From assembly GCF_002854065.1 (NCBI RefSeq), contig NZ_CP024147.1: DNA of 64,000 nucleotides; one strand, 5' to 3'. Both the position numbers and the translations under genes were made by a program. This DNA comes from Escherichia coli. GTDB lineage: Bacteria; Pseudomonadota; Gammaproteobacteria; Enterobacterales; Enterobacteriaceae. Under the pieces are notes generated by a model that worked only from the letters and a program-made list of their open reading frames with translations, made no database searches and was not told where the DNA came from. This document shows positions 22,703 through 33,369 of this stretch, piece after piece. Within the stretch, counting starts at the first letter, position 1. Each line of letters starts with the position of its first letter.

Positions 22703-23737
22703 TTACTTGCTAAACGCAGCCTGGAAGACAGCTACCAGCGCGTCGTTCTGACTCTGAGTCAGAGTATGACCTTTCGGATCGATGAACTGTAGGCTGCTGC
22801 GGTTATCTAAATCACCAACCTGCAGTTTATAGTCACCGGATGCCAGGCCTGGATCGCTCGCGCCCAGTTCCTGCCAGTCGCTGTCAGACAGCGGCTTATA
22901 AGTTACGGCCATGTTGCCCTGCGAACGGGTGCTGTCGGTCACTTTCATGCCCACTTTTTCCAGCGCCGCTGGCAGACGTTGCCAAACCACATTGAACGGC
23001 CCGCGTACGACCAGCATTGGTAAACCGGTGTCATCAGCTGCACTTTGTACGTCCATAGTGGTGGAGGCACGATTTTGCGCAGCGTTCGCGGCGTCAGTGG
23101 CAGATTTATCCAGACCAGCGGAAATAACGTTCATCATCTCCGTGTTGTAACGCTGCATGGAAGCCGCGTCTGCAACCGGTTTGCCCGCCTGTTCCAGGTT
23201 CAGCAGTTTAACCGTAACCGCCTGCTGATAACCCTGCGGCTTAACAGAGATTTGATAACGACCACGATACTGCTCGTCTTCGTCCAGACGGTTCCATTGT
23301 ACCCAATCGGTGGTCAGTGTCTGACCAGCATCATCACGTTGGGTAATGGTGTAGTTTTTCGCCTGCAGCACGCTAACCACCTGCGGCCACAGAGTATTGC
23401 CACGACCATTTTCCACCAGCAATGAAGCGGTATCGCCCGTGAACTGGGTACGCGCGCCAGAAACCAGTGCCAGCGGCTGGGCTGGTGGACGAATGTCCAG
23501 CGCCTTACCGACAGCACCACTACCGTTGGTCACCGGGATTGCATAATCACCGGAGGTCACCGGCAAAATCATTCCAGCCGGGGCATGAAGCTCCGCAAGC
23601 GGTGCCGCTTCCAGGTAGGCTTCATCACCACTGACCTGACGCTTATAGCGTGAGTCAGAACTACAGGCAGCGAGTAATAAAACAAGCGAAACACCCGCAA
23701 CCTTTGCCAGGCGCGACTTTTGAACAGAGTAAGCCAT
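22703..23737 (-). CDS. bamC: Outer membrane protein assembly lipoprotein BamC (NlpB)
   Basis: Start set at [27 protein letters not shown] (lipobox LAAC), 344 aa. Confidence 0.93.
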   Translation of the reverse strand: MAYSVQKSRLAKVAGVSLVLLLAACSSDSRYKRQVSGDEAYLEAAPLAELHAPAGMILPVTSGDYAIPVTNGSGAVGKALDIRPPAQPLALVSGARTQFTGDTASLLVENGRGNTLWPQVVSVLQAKNYTITQRDDAGQTLTTDWVQWNRLDEDEQYRGRYQISVKPQGYQQAVTVKLLNLEQAGKPVADAASMQRYNTEMMNVISAGLDKSATDAANAAQNRASTTMDVQSAADDTGLPMLVVRGPFNVVWQRLPAALEKVGMKVTDSTRSQGNMAVTYKPLSDSDWQELGASDPGLASGDYKLQVGDLDNRSSLQFIDPKGHTLTQSQNDALVAVFQAAFSK

Positions 23738-23753
23738 CAAATCTCCCTAAACT

Positions 23754-24632
23754 TTACAGCAAACCGGCATGCTTAAGCGCCGCTCTGACCGTCTCACGAC
23801 CACTGTCGGTGATTGGTGTCATTGGCAGGCGCAGCGTATCGGTCGCCACAAGACCCAGTTCCTTACATGCCCATTTCACCGGGATTGGATTGGGTTCGAC
23901 AAATAGTTTGTTGTGTAATGGCATCAGACGCTGATTAATAACGCGTGCCTCGGCAAAATGCCCTTCTGCTGCCAGTTTGCACATCTGGGCCATATCACGC
24001 GCTGCGACGTTAGCCGTAACGGAAATAACCCCATGACCGCCTAATTGCATGAAGTCCAGCGCGCTCGCATCATCGCCGCTCAGCAGAACAAAATCATCTG
24101 AAACCAGCTCTTTGATCTGGTTTACACGCGTTAAGTTCCCTGTTGCCTCTTTGATTCCGATAATATTTTTTACTTTCGCCAGACGGCCCACCGTTTCCGG
24201 GAGCAGATCGCAGCCAGTACGGGACGGCACATTATACAGAATTTGCGGCAGGTCAGTATGCTCAGCGATGGCTTTGAAATGCTGATACAAACCTTCTTGC
24301 GACGGACGATTGTAGTAAGGGGTTACCGTCAGGCAGCCGACGATACCACTGTCATTGAAGCGCTGCGTCAGGCTAATGGCTTCCGCAGTAGCGTTAGCAC
24401 CGGTCCCGGCAATCACCGGAATGCGCCCGTCAGCCAGCTCCAGCGTCATCATCACCACATCAGCATGTTCGTCATGATTTAAGGTAGCGGACTCGCCAGT
24501 GGTGCCAACAGAAACGATCGCCGAAGTACCGCTGGCGACATGATAATCAATCAGTTTTTTCAAGCTAGCCCGACAGACATTACCTTTTTCATCCATCGGA
24601 GTAACAATCGCGACAATACTTCCCGTGAACAT
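23754..24632 (-). CDS. dapA: 4-hydroxy-tetrahydrodipicolinate synthase
   Basis: Start set at [19 protein letters not shown] (292 aa). Confidence 0.95.
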   Translation of the reverse strand: MFTGSIVAIVTPMDEKGNVCRASLKKLIDYHVASGTSAIVSVGTTGESATLNHDEHADVVMMTLELADGRIPVIAGTGANATAEAISLTQRFNDSGIVGCLTVTPYYNRPSQEGLYQHFKAIAEHTDLPQILYNVPSRTGCDLLPETVGRLAKVKNIIGIKEATGNLTRVNQIKELVSDDFVLLSGDDASALDFMQLGGHGVISVTANVAARDMAQMCKLAAEGHFAEARVINQRLMPLHNKLFVEPNPIPVKWACKELGLVATDTLRLPMTPITDSGRETVRAALKHAGLL

Positions 24633-24777
24633 GGGCCATCCTCTGTGCAAACAAGTGTCTCAATGGTACGTTTGGTATGGCATTAAAAGCAAGCAGACAG
24701 AACCGTTCTGATTGTTGTATGCATGTTTTTTTTATGCTTTCCTTAAGAACAACTCACCCCTTAAAGGAATAACCAGT

Positions 24778-25350
24778 TTGACACTGTCATCGCAACATTA
24801 TCTGGTGATCACTGCGTTGGGTGCCGATCGCCCTGGAATTGTGAACACCATCACCCGTCATGTCAGTAGTTGCGGCTGTAATATTGAAGACAGTCGCCTG
24901 GCGATGCTGGGAGAAGAGTTCACGTTTATCATGCTGCTTTCCGGTTCATGGAATGCCATTACTCTGATTGAATCAACGTTACCGTTGAAAGGTGCCGAAC
25001 TGGATCTTTTAATCGTGATGAAGCGCACGACGGCGCGTCCGCGTCCGCCAATGCCAGCATCTGTCTGGGTTCAGGTCGATGTTGCAGACTCCCCGCATTT
25101 AATTGAACGCTTCACAGCACTTTTCGACGCGCATCATATGAACATTGCGGAGCTGGTGTCGCGCACACAACCTGCTGAAAATGAACGGGCTGCGCAGTTG
25201 CATATTCAGATTACTGCCCACAGCCCCGCATCTGCGGACGCAGCAAATATTGAGCAAGCGTTCAAAGCCCTATGTACAGAACTCAATGCACAAGGCAGTA
25301 TTAACGTCGTCAATTATTCCCAACATGATGAACAGGATGGAGTTAAGTAA
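24778..25350 (+). CDS. gcvR: Glycine cleavage system transcriptional repressor GcvR
   Basis: TTG start giving (M)TLSSQHYLVITALGADRPGIV (190 aa); ORF-track ATG 24712 over-extended; stop overlaps bcp start (taATGa at 25348-25352). Confidence 0.88.
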   Translation: MTLSSQHYLVITALGADRPGIVNTITRHVSSCGCNIEDSRLAMLGEEFTFIMLLSGSWNAITLIESTLPLKGAELDLLIVMKRTTARPRPPMPASVWVQVDVADSPHLIERFTALFDAHHMNIAELVSRTQPAENERAAQLHIQITAHSPASADAANIEQAFKALCTELNAQGSINVVNYSQHDEQDGVK

Positions 25351-25820
25351 TGAATCCACTGAAAGCCGGTGATATCGCACCGAAATTTAGCTTGCCGGAT
25401 CAAGACGGAGAACAAGTTAATTTGACCGACTTCCAGGGACAGCGTGTTCTGGTTTATTTCTACCCGAAAGCCATGACCCCCGGCTGTACCGTACAGGCCT
25501 GCGGCTTACGCGATAACATGGATGAGTTGAAAAAAGCGGGCGTTGATGTGCTGGGTATCAGCACCGATAAACCCGAAAAACTCTCCCGTTTTGCGGAAAA
25601 AGAGCTGCTTAACTTTACGCTCCTGTCTGATGAGGACCACCAGGTGTGCGAGCAATTCGGCGTCTGGGGGGAAAAGTCCTTCATGGGCAAAACCTACGAT
25701 GGTATTCATCGCATCAGCTTCCTGATTGACGCTGATGGCAAAATCGAACATGTCTTTGACGATTTCAAAACCAGCAATCACCACGACGTTGTGCTGAACT
25801 GGCTGAAAGAACACGCCTGA
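25350..25820 (+). CDS. bcp: Thiol peroxidase / bacterioferritin comigratory protein Bcp
   Basis: 156-aa ORF MNPLKAGDIAPKFSLPDQDGEQVNLTDF...; peroxiredoxin motif PGCT. Confidence 0.95.
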   Translation: MNPLKAGDIAPKFSLPDQDGEQVNLTDFQGQRVLVYFYPKAMTPGCTVQACGLRDNMDELKKAGVDVLGISTDKPEKLSRFAEKELLNFTLLSDEDHQVCEQFGVWGEKSFMGKTYDGIHRISFLIDADGKIEHVFDDFKTSNHHDVVLNWLKEHA

Positions 25821-26015
25821 TTACTTTGCTCCATTCCGTGCTGGCTGCGCTTGCGGTCAGCACACCTCACTTATCGTGATCAAGATCACATTCTCGCTTT
25901 CCCCTGCGACACGGGTGTCGAATCCATTTTTTGCTGAACGTTAATGACCATCATTTTTGTACCGTTCAGAATCCAGTTAATTCATAAATTATTGAATATA
26001 TTAAATTAATCAGAC

Positions 26016-26031
26016 TGGCATCCTTTATGCA
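26016..26031 (+). promoter_or_regulatory. Sigma-54 (-24/-12) promoter of the hyf operon
   Basis: tggcatcctttatgca matches TGGCAC-N5-TTGCA spacing (GG at 26017-26018, GC at 26029-26030); HyfR, a sigma-54 activator, is encoded downstream. Confidence 0.65.
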
Positions 26032-26033
26032 AT

Positions 26034-26690
26034 ATGAAATGCAATGTTTCATATCATTTTCAAGGAGCCGACATAAACCGCTTTGTGGTGGCCGAACCAC
26101 TGTGGTGTACAGGATGTAATACCTGTCTCGCTGCCTGTTCGGACGTGCATAAAACGCAAGGTTTACAGCAACACCCGCGCCTGGCCCTGGCGAAGACGTC
26201 AACACTCACTGCCCCTGTCGTGTGTCATCACTGTGAGGAAGCCCCTTGCCTGCAGGTCTGCCCGGTCAATGCCATCTCCCAGAGGGATGATGCGATCCAA
26301 CTCAACGAAAGCCTCTGTATTGGCTGCAAGCTTTGCGCCGTGGTCTGCCCATTTGGCGCAATCAGCGCTTCAGGAAGCCGTCCGGTGAATGCCCCTGCGC
26401 AATATGTTTTTCAGGCTGAAGGCTCACTCAAAGACGGCGAAGAAAACGCGCCAACCCAACATGCTTTGCTGCGCTGGGAACCGGGTGTCCAGACCGTCGC
26501 GGTGAAATGCGACCTGTGTGATTTCTTGCCACAAGGTCCGGCCTGCGTTCGCGCTTGCCCGAATCAGGCGTTACGGCTGATCACCGACGATAGCCTGCAA
26601 CGTCAGATGAAAGAAAAACAGCGCCTTGCCGCAAGCTGGTTTGCCAATGGCGGGGAGGATCCCCTTTCCCTCACTCAGGAGCAACGCTAA
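26034..26690 (+). CDS. hyfA: Hydrogenase-4 ferredoxin-type subunit HyfA (start codon uncertain)
   Basis: Four-cluster ferredoxin (CxxCxxCxxxC motifs); ORF-track ATG 26034 has no SD and lies upstream of the predicted sigma-54 start site; strong SD aaggag (26062-26067) precedes an ATA codon at 26073 where I recall the protein (MNRFVVAEP..., 205 aa) beginning. Confidence 0.85.
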   Translation: MKCNVSYHFQGADINRFVVAEPLWCTGCNTCLAACSDVHKTQGLQQHPRLALAKTSTLTAPVVCHHCEEAPCLQVCPVNAISQRDDAIQLNESLCIGCKLCAVVCPFGAISASGSRPVNAPAQYVFQAEGSLKDGEENAPTQHALLRWEPGVQTVAVKCDLCDFLPQGPACVRACPNQALRLITDDSLQRQMKEKQRLAASWFANGGEDPLSLTQEQR

Positions 26691-28708
26691 TGGATGCCCT
26701 GCAATTATTAACCTGGTCGCTGATCCTCTATCTGTTTGCCAGTCTGGCTTCGCTGTTTTTACTCGGTCTGGACAGACTGGCTATTAAGCTTTCCGGCATC
26801 ACATCGCTGGTGGGCGGCGTGATTGGCATTATCAGCGGAATTACGCAATTACATGCAGGCGTAACTTTAGTCGCCCGTTTTGCCACCCCTTTTGACTTTG
26901 CCGATTTAACCCTGCGAATGGATAGCCTCTCGGCATTTATGGTGCTGGTTATCTCCTTGCTGGTGGTGGTTTGTTCGCTCTATTCATTGACTTATATGCG
27001 CGAATACGAGGGCAAAGGCGCGGCGGCGATGGGCTTCTTTATGAATATTTTCATCGCATCGATGGTTGCCCTGCTGGTGATGGACAACGCTTTTTGGTTC
27101 ATCGTGCTGTTTGAAATGATGTCACTGTCTTCCTGGTTTCTGGTCATTGCCAGGCAGGATAAAAGGTCGATCAACGCTGGCATGCTCTACTTTTTTATCG
27201 CCCACGCCGGATCGGTGCTGATAATGATCGCCTTCTTGCTGATGGGGCGCGAAAGCGGCAGCCTCGATTTTGCCAGTTTCCGCACGCTTTCACTTTCTCC
27301 GGGGCTGGCGTCGGCGGTGTTCCTGCTGGCCTTTTTCGGTTTTGGCGCGAAAGCCGGGATGATGCCGTTGCACAGCTGGTTGCCGCGCGCTCACCCTGCC
27401 GCACCATCGCACGCTTCGGCGTTGATGTCTGGCGTAATGGTCAAAATCGGTATTTTCGGCATCCTGAAAGTGGCGATGGATCTGCTGGCGCAAACGGGTT
27501 TGCCGCTGTGGTGGGGCATTCTGGTGATGGCGATCGGCGCAATCTCCGCGCTCCTGGGCGTGCTGTATGCGCTGGCGGAACAGGATATCAAACGGCTGCT
27601 GGCCTGGAGTACCGTCGAAAACGTCGGCATTATTTTGCTGGCAGTCGGTGTGGCGATGGTCGGTCTGTCACTGCACGACCCGCTGCTCACCGTGGTTGGA
27701 CTGCTCGGCGCACTGTTTCATCTGCTCAACCATGCGCTGTTCAAAGGGCTGCTATTTCTCGGCGCGGGCGCGATTATTTCGCGTTTGCATACCCACGACA
27801 TGGAAAAAATGGGGGCACTGGCGAAACGGATGCCGTGGACAGCCGCAGCATGCCTGATTGGTTGCCTCGCGATATCAGCCATTCCTCCGCTGAATGGTTT
27901 TATCAGCGAATGGTACACCTGGCAGTCGCTGTTCTCACTAAGTCGTGTGGAAGCCGTAGCGCTACAACTTGCGGGTCCTATTGCTATGGTAATGCTGGCA
28001 GTCACTGGTGGGCTGGCAGTAATGTGCTTCGTCAAAATGTACGGTATTACTTTCTGTGGTGCGCCGCGCAGTACACACGCTGAAGAGGCACAGGAAGTGC
28101 CAAATACGATGATCGTCGCCATGCTACTGCTCGCGGCACTCTGCGTATTAATTGCGCTTAGTGCCAGTTGGCTGGCACCGAAGATAATGCATATTGCCCA
28201 TGCGTTTACCAATACCCCTCCCGTCACTGTCGCCAGCGGAATAGCACTTGTACCCGGCACGTTTCATACACAGGTCACCCCCTCATTACTGTTGCTGTTA
28301 CTACTGGCGATGCCTTTGCTGCCTGGCCTTTACTGGCTGTGGTGTCGTTCGCGCCGCGCAGCGTTTCGTCGCACAGGAGATGCCTGGGCATGCGGCTACG
28401 GCTGGGAAAATGCGATGGCCCCGTCAGGCAATGGCGTGATGCAGCCGCTGCGTGTGGTCTTTTCTGCGCTATTTCGTCTACGACAACAGCTCGACCCTAC
28501 GCTGAGGCTAAATAAAGGCCTTGCGCACGTCACCGCCAGGGCTCAGAGCACAGAACCCTTCTGGGATGAGCGGGTGATCCGCCCCATCGTGAGCGCCACC
28601 CAACGGCTGGCCAAAGAAATACAGCATCTGCAAAGCGGCGACTTTCGTCTCTATTGCCTGTATGTGGTTGCCGCACTGGTTGTGCTGCTAATCGCTATTG
28701 CCGTCTAA
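26690..28708 (+). CDS. hyfB: Hydrogenase-4 membrane subunit HyfB (NuoL/MrpA antiporter-like)
   Basis: 672-aa polytopic membrane ORF; start overlaps hyfA stop (taATGg). Confidence 0.93.
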   Translation: MDALQLLTWSLILYLFASLASLFLLGLDRLAIKLSGITSLVGGVIGIISGITQLHAGVTLVARFATPFDFADLTLRMDSLSAFMVLVISLLVVVCSLYSLTYMREYEGKGAAAMGFFMNIFIASMVALLVMDNAFWFIVLFEMMSLSSWFLVIARQDKRSINAGMLYFFIAHAGSVLIMIAFLLMGRESGSLDFASFRTLSLSPGLASAVFLLAFFGFGAKAGMMPLHSWLPRAHPAAPSHASALMSGVMVKIGIFGILKVAMDLLAQTGLPLWWGILVMAIGAISALLGVLYALAEQDIKRLLAWSTVENVGIILLAVGVAMVGLSLHDPLLTVVGLLGALFHLLNHALFKGLLFLGAGAIISRLHTHDMEKMGALAKRMPWTAAACLIGCLAISAIPPLNGFISEWYTWQSLFSLSRVEAVALQLAGPIAMVMLAVTGGLAVMCFVKMYGITFCGAPRSTHAEEAQEVPNTMIVAMLLLAALCVLIALSASWLAPKIMHIAHAFTNTPPVTVASGIALVPGTFHTQVTPSLLLLLLLAMPLLPGLYWLWCRSRRAAFRRTGDAWACGYGWENAMAPSGNGVMQPLRVVFSALFRLRQQLDPTLRLNKGLAHVTARAQSTEPFWDERVIRPIVSATQRLAKEIQHLQSGDFRLYCLYVVAALVVLLIAIAV

Positions 28709-28718
28709 GGAAATCACC

Positions 28719-29666
28719 ATGAGACAAACTCTTTGCGACGGATATCTGGTCATTCTTGCGTTAGCACAGGCCGTGATTCTGCTGATGCTAACCCCACTTT
28801 TTACGGGTATTTCCCGGCAGATACGCGCGCGAATGCACTCCCGCCGCGGACCGGGGATCTGGCAGGATTATCGCGATATCCACAAACTGTTTAAACGCCA
28901 GGAAGTTGCGCCGACATCTTCAGGTCTGATGTTCCGCCTGATGCCGTGGGTATTAATCAGCAGCATGCTGGTGCTGGCGATGGCCCTACCACTATTTATT
29001 ACCGTTTCCCCTTTTGCGGGCGGCGGCGATCTGATCACCCTTATCTATCTTCTTGCCCTGTTTCGTTTTTTCTTTGCTCTTTCAGGGCTGGATACCGGAA
29101 GCCCGTTTGCGGGAGTCGGTGCCAGTCGCGAGTTGACGCTCGGCATTCTGGTCGAACCCATGCTCATTCTCTCACTGCTGGTATTGGCGCTGATAGCGGA
29201 TTCCACGCATATCGAGATGATCAGCAATACGCTGGCGATGGGCTGGAACTCGCCGCTAACCACCGTACTGGCGTTACTGGCCTGTGGTTTTGCCTGCTTC
29301 ATTGAGATGGGAAAAATTCCCTTTGATGTTGCTGAAGCAGAACAGGAATTACAGGAAGGCCCGCTGACAGAATATTCCGGTGCCGGGCTGGCGCTGGCGA
29401 AATGGGGGCTGGGGCTGAAACAGGTCGTGATGGCAGCACTGTTTGTGGCCCTGTTTCTGCCCTTTGAGCGCGCGCAAGAACTTTCTCTCGCCTGCCTGCT
29501 GACTTCACTTGTCGTTACGCTGCTCAAGGTTTTGCTGATTTTTGTACTGGCCTCAATCGCAGAAAACACGCTGGCACGCGGGCGTTTTTTACTCATTCAC
29601 CATGTGACCTGGCTTGGCTTCAGCCTTGCTGCGCTTGCATGGGTCTTCTGGTTAACCGGTCTGTAA
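28719..29666 (+). CDS. hyfC: Hydrogenase-4 membrane subunit HyfC (NuoH-like)
   Basis: Start set at MRQTLCDGYLVILALAQ (315 aa). Confidence 0.92.
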   Translation: MRQTLCDGYLVILALAQAVILLMLTPLFTGISRQIRARMHSRRGPGIWQDYRDIHKLFKRQEVAPTSSGLMFRLMPWVLISSMLVLAMALPLFITVSPFAGGGDLITLIYLLALFRFFFALSGLDTGSPFAGVGASRELTLGILVEPMLILSLLVLALIADSTHIEMISNTLAMGWNSPLTTVLALLACGFACFIEMGKIPFDVAEAEQELQEGPLTEYSGAGLALAKWGLGLKQVVMAALFVALFLPFERAQELSLACLLTSLVVTLLKVLLIFVLASIAENTLARGRFLLIHHVTWLGFSLAALAWVFWLTGL

Positions 29667-29682
29667 GGAGCACTGACGGAAT

Positions 29683-31122
29683 ATGGAAAATCTTGCTCTG
29701 ACGACGTTAATGCTGCCTTTTATCGGCGCACTGGTCGTTTCGTTTTCGCCACAACGTCGGGCCGCCGAATGGGGGGTTTTGTTCGCCGCGCTGACCACGC
29801 TGTGCATGTTGTCGCTGATCTCCGCGTTTTATCAGGCCGATAAAGTTGCCGTCACGTTGACGTTGGTCAACGTGGGGGATGTGGCATTGTTTGGCCTGGT
29901 CATTGATCGCGTGAGTACGCTGATTCTGTTTGTGGTGGTGTTTCTCGGTTTGCTGGTCACGATCTACTCCACGGGTTATCTGACGGATAAAAATCGCGAA
30001 CACCCGCATAACGGCACGAATCGTTATTACGCATTTTTGCTGTTGTTTATCGGCGCGATGGCGGGACTGGTACTCTCCTCGACGCTGCTCGGTCAGTTGT
30101 TGTTTTTTGAAATTACGGGCGGCTGCTCCTGGGCGTTGATCAGTTATTACCAGAGCGATAAAGCACAGCGTTCAGCACTAAAAGCGTTACTTATCACTCA
30201 TATCGGCTCGTTGGGGTTGTATCTTGCCGCCGCCACGCTGTTTTTGCAGACCGAAACGTTTGCGCTTAGCGCGATGAGCGAGTTACACGGCGACGCACGT
30301 TATCTGGTTTATGGCGGCATCCTGTTTTCCGCGTGGGGGAAATCGGCCCAGCTACCGATGCAAGCGTGGCTACCGGACGCAATGGAAGCGCCAACACCGA
30401 TCAGCGCCTATCTCCACGCCGCATCGATGGTGAAAGTGGGCGTTTACATTTTTGCCCGCGCCATTATCGACGGCGGCAATATCCCGCATGTGATTGGCGG
30501 CGTTGGCATGGTCATGGCGCTGGTCACCATTCTTTATGGCTTCCTGATGTATTTGCCACAGCAGGATATGAAGCGGTTGCTGGCCTGGTCGACCATCACT
30601 CAACTTGGCTGGATGTTCTTCGGCTTGTCGCTCTCCATCTTCGGCTCGCGGCTGGCGCTGGAGGGCAGCATCGCCTACATCGTCAACCACGCGTTCGCTA
30701 AAAGCCTGTTTTTCCTTGTAGCAGGTGCGCTGAGTTACAGCTGCGGCACGCGCTTGTTGCCGCGTCTGCGTGGCGTATTGCACACCCTGCCGTTGCCAGG
30801 CGTGGGTTTCTGCGTGGCAGCGCTGGCGATTACCGGCGTACCGCCGTTCAACGGCTTCTTCAGTAAATTCCCGCTGTTTGCTGCCGGTTTTGCGTTGTCA
30901 GTGGAGTACTGGATCCTGCTGCCCGCCATGATTCTGCTGATGATTGAATCGGTCGCCAGTTTCGCCTGGTTTATTCGCTGGTTTGGTCGCGTCGTCCCCG
31001 GCAAACCGAGCGAGGCCGTCGCCGATGCCGCACCGCTGCCAGGGTCAATGCGCCTGGTGCTGATTGTACTGATTGTGATGTCGCTGATTTCCAGCGTAAT
31101 CGCCGCGACCTGGTTGCAGTAA
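29683..31122 (+). CDS. hyfD: Hydrogenase-4 membrane subunit HyfD (antiporter-like)
   Basis: 479-aa membrane ORF, NuoM/N-like. Confidence 0.92.
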   Translation: MENLALTTLMLPFIGALVVSFSPQRRAAEWGVLFAALTTLCMLSLISAFYQADKVAVTLTLVNVGDVALFGLVIDRVSTLILFVVVFLGLLVTIYSTGYLTDKNREHPHNGTNRYYAFLLLFIGAMAGLVLSSTLLGQLLFFEITGGCSWALISYYQSDKAQRSALKALLITHIGSLGLYLAAATLFLQTETFALSAMSELHGDARYLVYGGILFSAWGKSAQLPMQAWLPDAMEAPTPISAYLHAASMVKVGVYIFARAIIDGGNIPHVIGGVGMVMALVTILYGFLMYLPQQDMKRLLAWSTITQLGWMFFGLSLSIFGSRLALEGSIAYIVNHAFAKSLFFLVAGALSYSCGTRLLPRLRGVLHTLPLPGVGFCVAALAITGVPPFNGFFSKFPLFAAGFALSVEYWILLPAMILLMIESVASFAWFIRWFGRVVPGKPSEAVADAAPLPGSMRLVLIVLIVMSLISSVIAATWLQ

Positions 31123-31133
31123 GGAGATGATGA

Positions 31134-31784
31134 ATGACCGGTTCTATGATCGTAAATAATCTGGCGGGACTGATGATGCTGACATCGCTGTTTGTGATTA
31201 GCGTCAAAAGCTATCGCCTGTCATGCGGATTTTACGCCTGCCAGTCGCTGGTGCTGGTGTCTATTTTCGCCACTCTCTCGTGCCTGTTCACCGCAGAGCA
31301 ACTGCTGATCTGGTCCGCCAGCGCCTTTATCACCAAAGTGCTGCTGGTACCGTTAATCATGACTTACGCTGCACGAAATATTCCCCAGAACATCCCGGAA
31401 AAAGCGTTATTCGGTCCGGCAATGATGGCACTGCTCGCGGCGTTAATTGTCCTGCTTTGCGCATTTGTCGTTCAGCCCGTGAAGCTACCGATGGCTACCG
31501 GACTGAAACCGGCGCTGGCGGTGGCGTTAGGTCATTTTCTGCTTGGCCTGCTGTGCATTGTTAGCCAGCGCAATATCCTGCGGCAAATTTTTGGTTACTG
31601 CCTGATGGAAAACGGCTCCCATCTGGTGCTGGCGCTTCTAGCCTGGCGTGCACCGGAACTGGTGGAAATTGGTATCGCTACCGACGCCATCTTCGCCGTC
31701 ATTGTGATGGTGTTACTGGCAAGAAAAATATGGCGTACCCACGGCACGCTGGACGTGAACAACTTGACCGCGCTGAAGGGATAA
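31134..31784 (+). CDS. hyfE: Hydrogenase-4 membrane subunit HyfE
   Basis: 216-aa membrane ORF in operon position. Confidence 0.9.
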   Translation: MTGSMIVNNLAGLMMLTSLFVISVKSYRLSCGFYACQSLVLVSIFATLSCLFTAEQLLIWSASAFITKVLLVPLIMTYAARNIPQNIPEKALFGPAMMALLAALIVLLCAFVVQPVKLPMATGLKPALAVALGHFLLGLLCIVSQRNILRQIFGYCLMENGSHLVLALLAWRAPELVEIGIATDAIFAVIVMVLLARKIWRTHGTLDVNNLTALKG

Positions 31785-31788
31785 TGAG

Positions 31789-33369
31789 ATGAGTTATTCT
31801 GTGATGTTCGCTTTACTCCTGCTCACGCCGCTGCTTTTTTCGCTGCTCTGTTTTGCCTGCCGGAAACGGGGGCACTCTGCGACTCGCACGGTGACAGTAT
31901 TACATTGCTTAGGGATCACACTGCTGCTGATTCTGGCACTCTGGGTGGTCCAAACTGCCGCTGATGCAGGAGAAATATTCGCTGCGGGACTGTGGCTTCA
32001 TATTGATGGTCTGGGCGGTTTGTTCCTCGCCATTCTTGGTGTGATTGGCTTTCTCACCGGTGTTTACTCGATTGGCTACATGCGTCATGAAGTGGCACAC
32101 GGCGAGCTTTCACCCGTTACGCTGTGCGATTACTACGGTTTCTTCCATCTGTTTTTGTTCACCATGCTGCTGGTTGTTACCAGCAATAACCTGATTGTGA
32201 TGTGGGCGGCGATCGAAGCCACCACCTTAAGCTCGGCGTTTCTGGTAGGCATTTACGGTCAGCGTTCATCGCTGGAAGCAGCATGGAAGTACATCATTAT
32301 TTGTACTGTTGGTGTCGCTTTTGGTCTGTTCGGTACCGTGCTGGTATACGCCAACGCCGCCAGCGTTATGCCGCAGGCAGAAATGGCGATATTCTGGAGC
32401 GAGGTTCTTAAGCAATCGTCCTTGCTTGACCCAACATTAATGCTGTTGGCCTTTGTGTTTGTGCTAATTGGCTTTGGCACTAAAACCGGGCTATTCCCCA
32501 TGCACGCCTGGCTGCCAGATGCTCACAGTGAAGCGCCGAGTCCGGTCAGCGCCCTGCTCTCCGCCGTATTGCTGAACTGCGCGCTGTTGGTGCTTATTCG
32601 CTATTACATCATTATTTGCCAGGCCATCGGCAGCGATTTCCCCAACCGGTTATTGCTCATCTTCGGCATGTTGTCGGTTGCCGTGGCGGCATTTTTCATT
32701 CTGGTACAGCGGGACATTAAGCGTCTGCTGGCGTACTCCAGCGTGGAGAACATGGGACTGGTCGCGGTGGCGTTAGGCATTGGCGGGCCGCTGGGAATTT
32801 TTGCCGCGCTGCTGCACACCTTAAACCACAGTCTGGCAAAAACGCTGCTGTTCTGCGGTTCCGGCAATGTACTGCTCAAGTACGGCACACGCGATCTCAA
32901 CGTCGTCTGTGGGATGCTCAAAATCATGCCATTTACCGCCGTGCTGTTTGGCGGCGGTGCGCTGGCGCTGGCAGGGATGCCGCCCTTCAACATTTTTCTT
33001 AGCGAATTTATGACCGTTACCGCCGGACTGGCACGTAATCATCTGCTGATTATCGTCCTGCTGTTATTGCTGTTAACGCTGGTGCTGGCGGGCCTGGTAC
33101 GGATGGCTGCGCGGGTGTTAATGGCGAAACCGCCGCAGGCCGTTAACCGGGGTGATCTCGGCTGGTTGACCACCTCGCCAATGGTGATTCTGCTGGTCAT
33201 GATGCTGGCGATGGGAACGCATATTCCACAACCTGTCATCAGGATCCTGGCGGGCGCTTCCACTATAGTCCTCTCAGGGACGCACGACCTGCCTGCACAA
33301 CGTAGCACCTGGCATGATTTTTTGCCTTCAGGCACCGCATCTGTTTCGGAGAAACACAGTGAACGTTAA
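31789..33369 (+). CDS. hyfF: Hydrogenase-4 membrane subunit HyfF (antiporter-like)
   Basis: 526-aa membrane ORF, NuoN-like. Confidence 0.92.
   Translation: MSYSVMFALLLLTPLLFSLLCFACRKRGHSATRTVTVLHCLGITLLLILALWVVQTAADAGEIFAAGLWLHIDGLGGLFLAILGVIGFLTGVYSIGYMRHEVAHGELSPVTLCDYYGFFHLFLFTMLLVVTSNNLIVMWAAIEATTLSSAFLVGIYGQRSSLEAAWKYIIICTVGVAFGLFGTVLVYANAASVMPQAEMAIFWSEVLKQSSLLDPTLMLLAFVFVLIGFGTKTGLFPMHAWLPDAHSEAPSPVSALLSAVLLNCALLVLIRYYIIICQAIGSDFPNRLLLIFGMLSVAVAAFFILVQRDIKRLLAYSSVENMGLVAVALGIGGPLGIFAALLHTLNHSLAKTLLFCGSGNVLLKYGTRDLNVVCGMLKIMPFTAVLFGGGALALAGMPPFNIFLSEFMTVTAGLARNHLLIIVLLLLLLTLVLAGLVRMAARVLMAKPPQAVNRGDLGWLTTSPMVILLVMMLAMGTHIPQPVIRILAGASTIVLSGTHDLPAQRSTWHDFLPSGTASVSEKHSER

Noticed and set aside
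33314-33358. ORF-track ATG start for hyfG at 33314
   Set aside because: No SD upstream, whereas GTG 33359 has a well-spaced ggaga; the extension would overlap hyfF by 56 bp.
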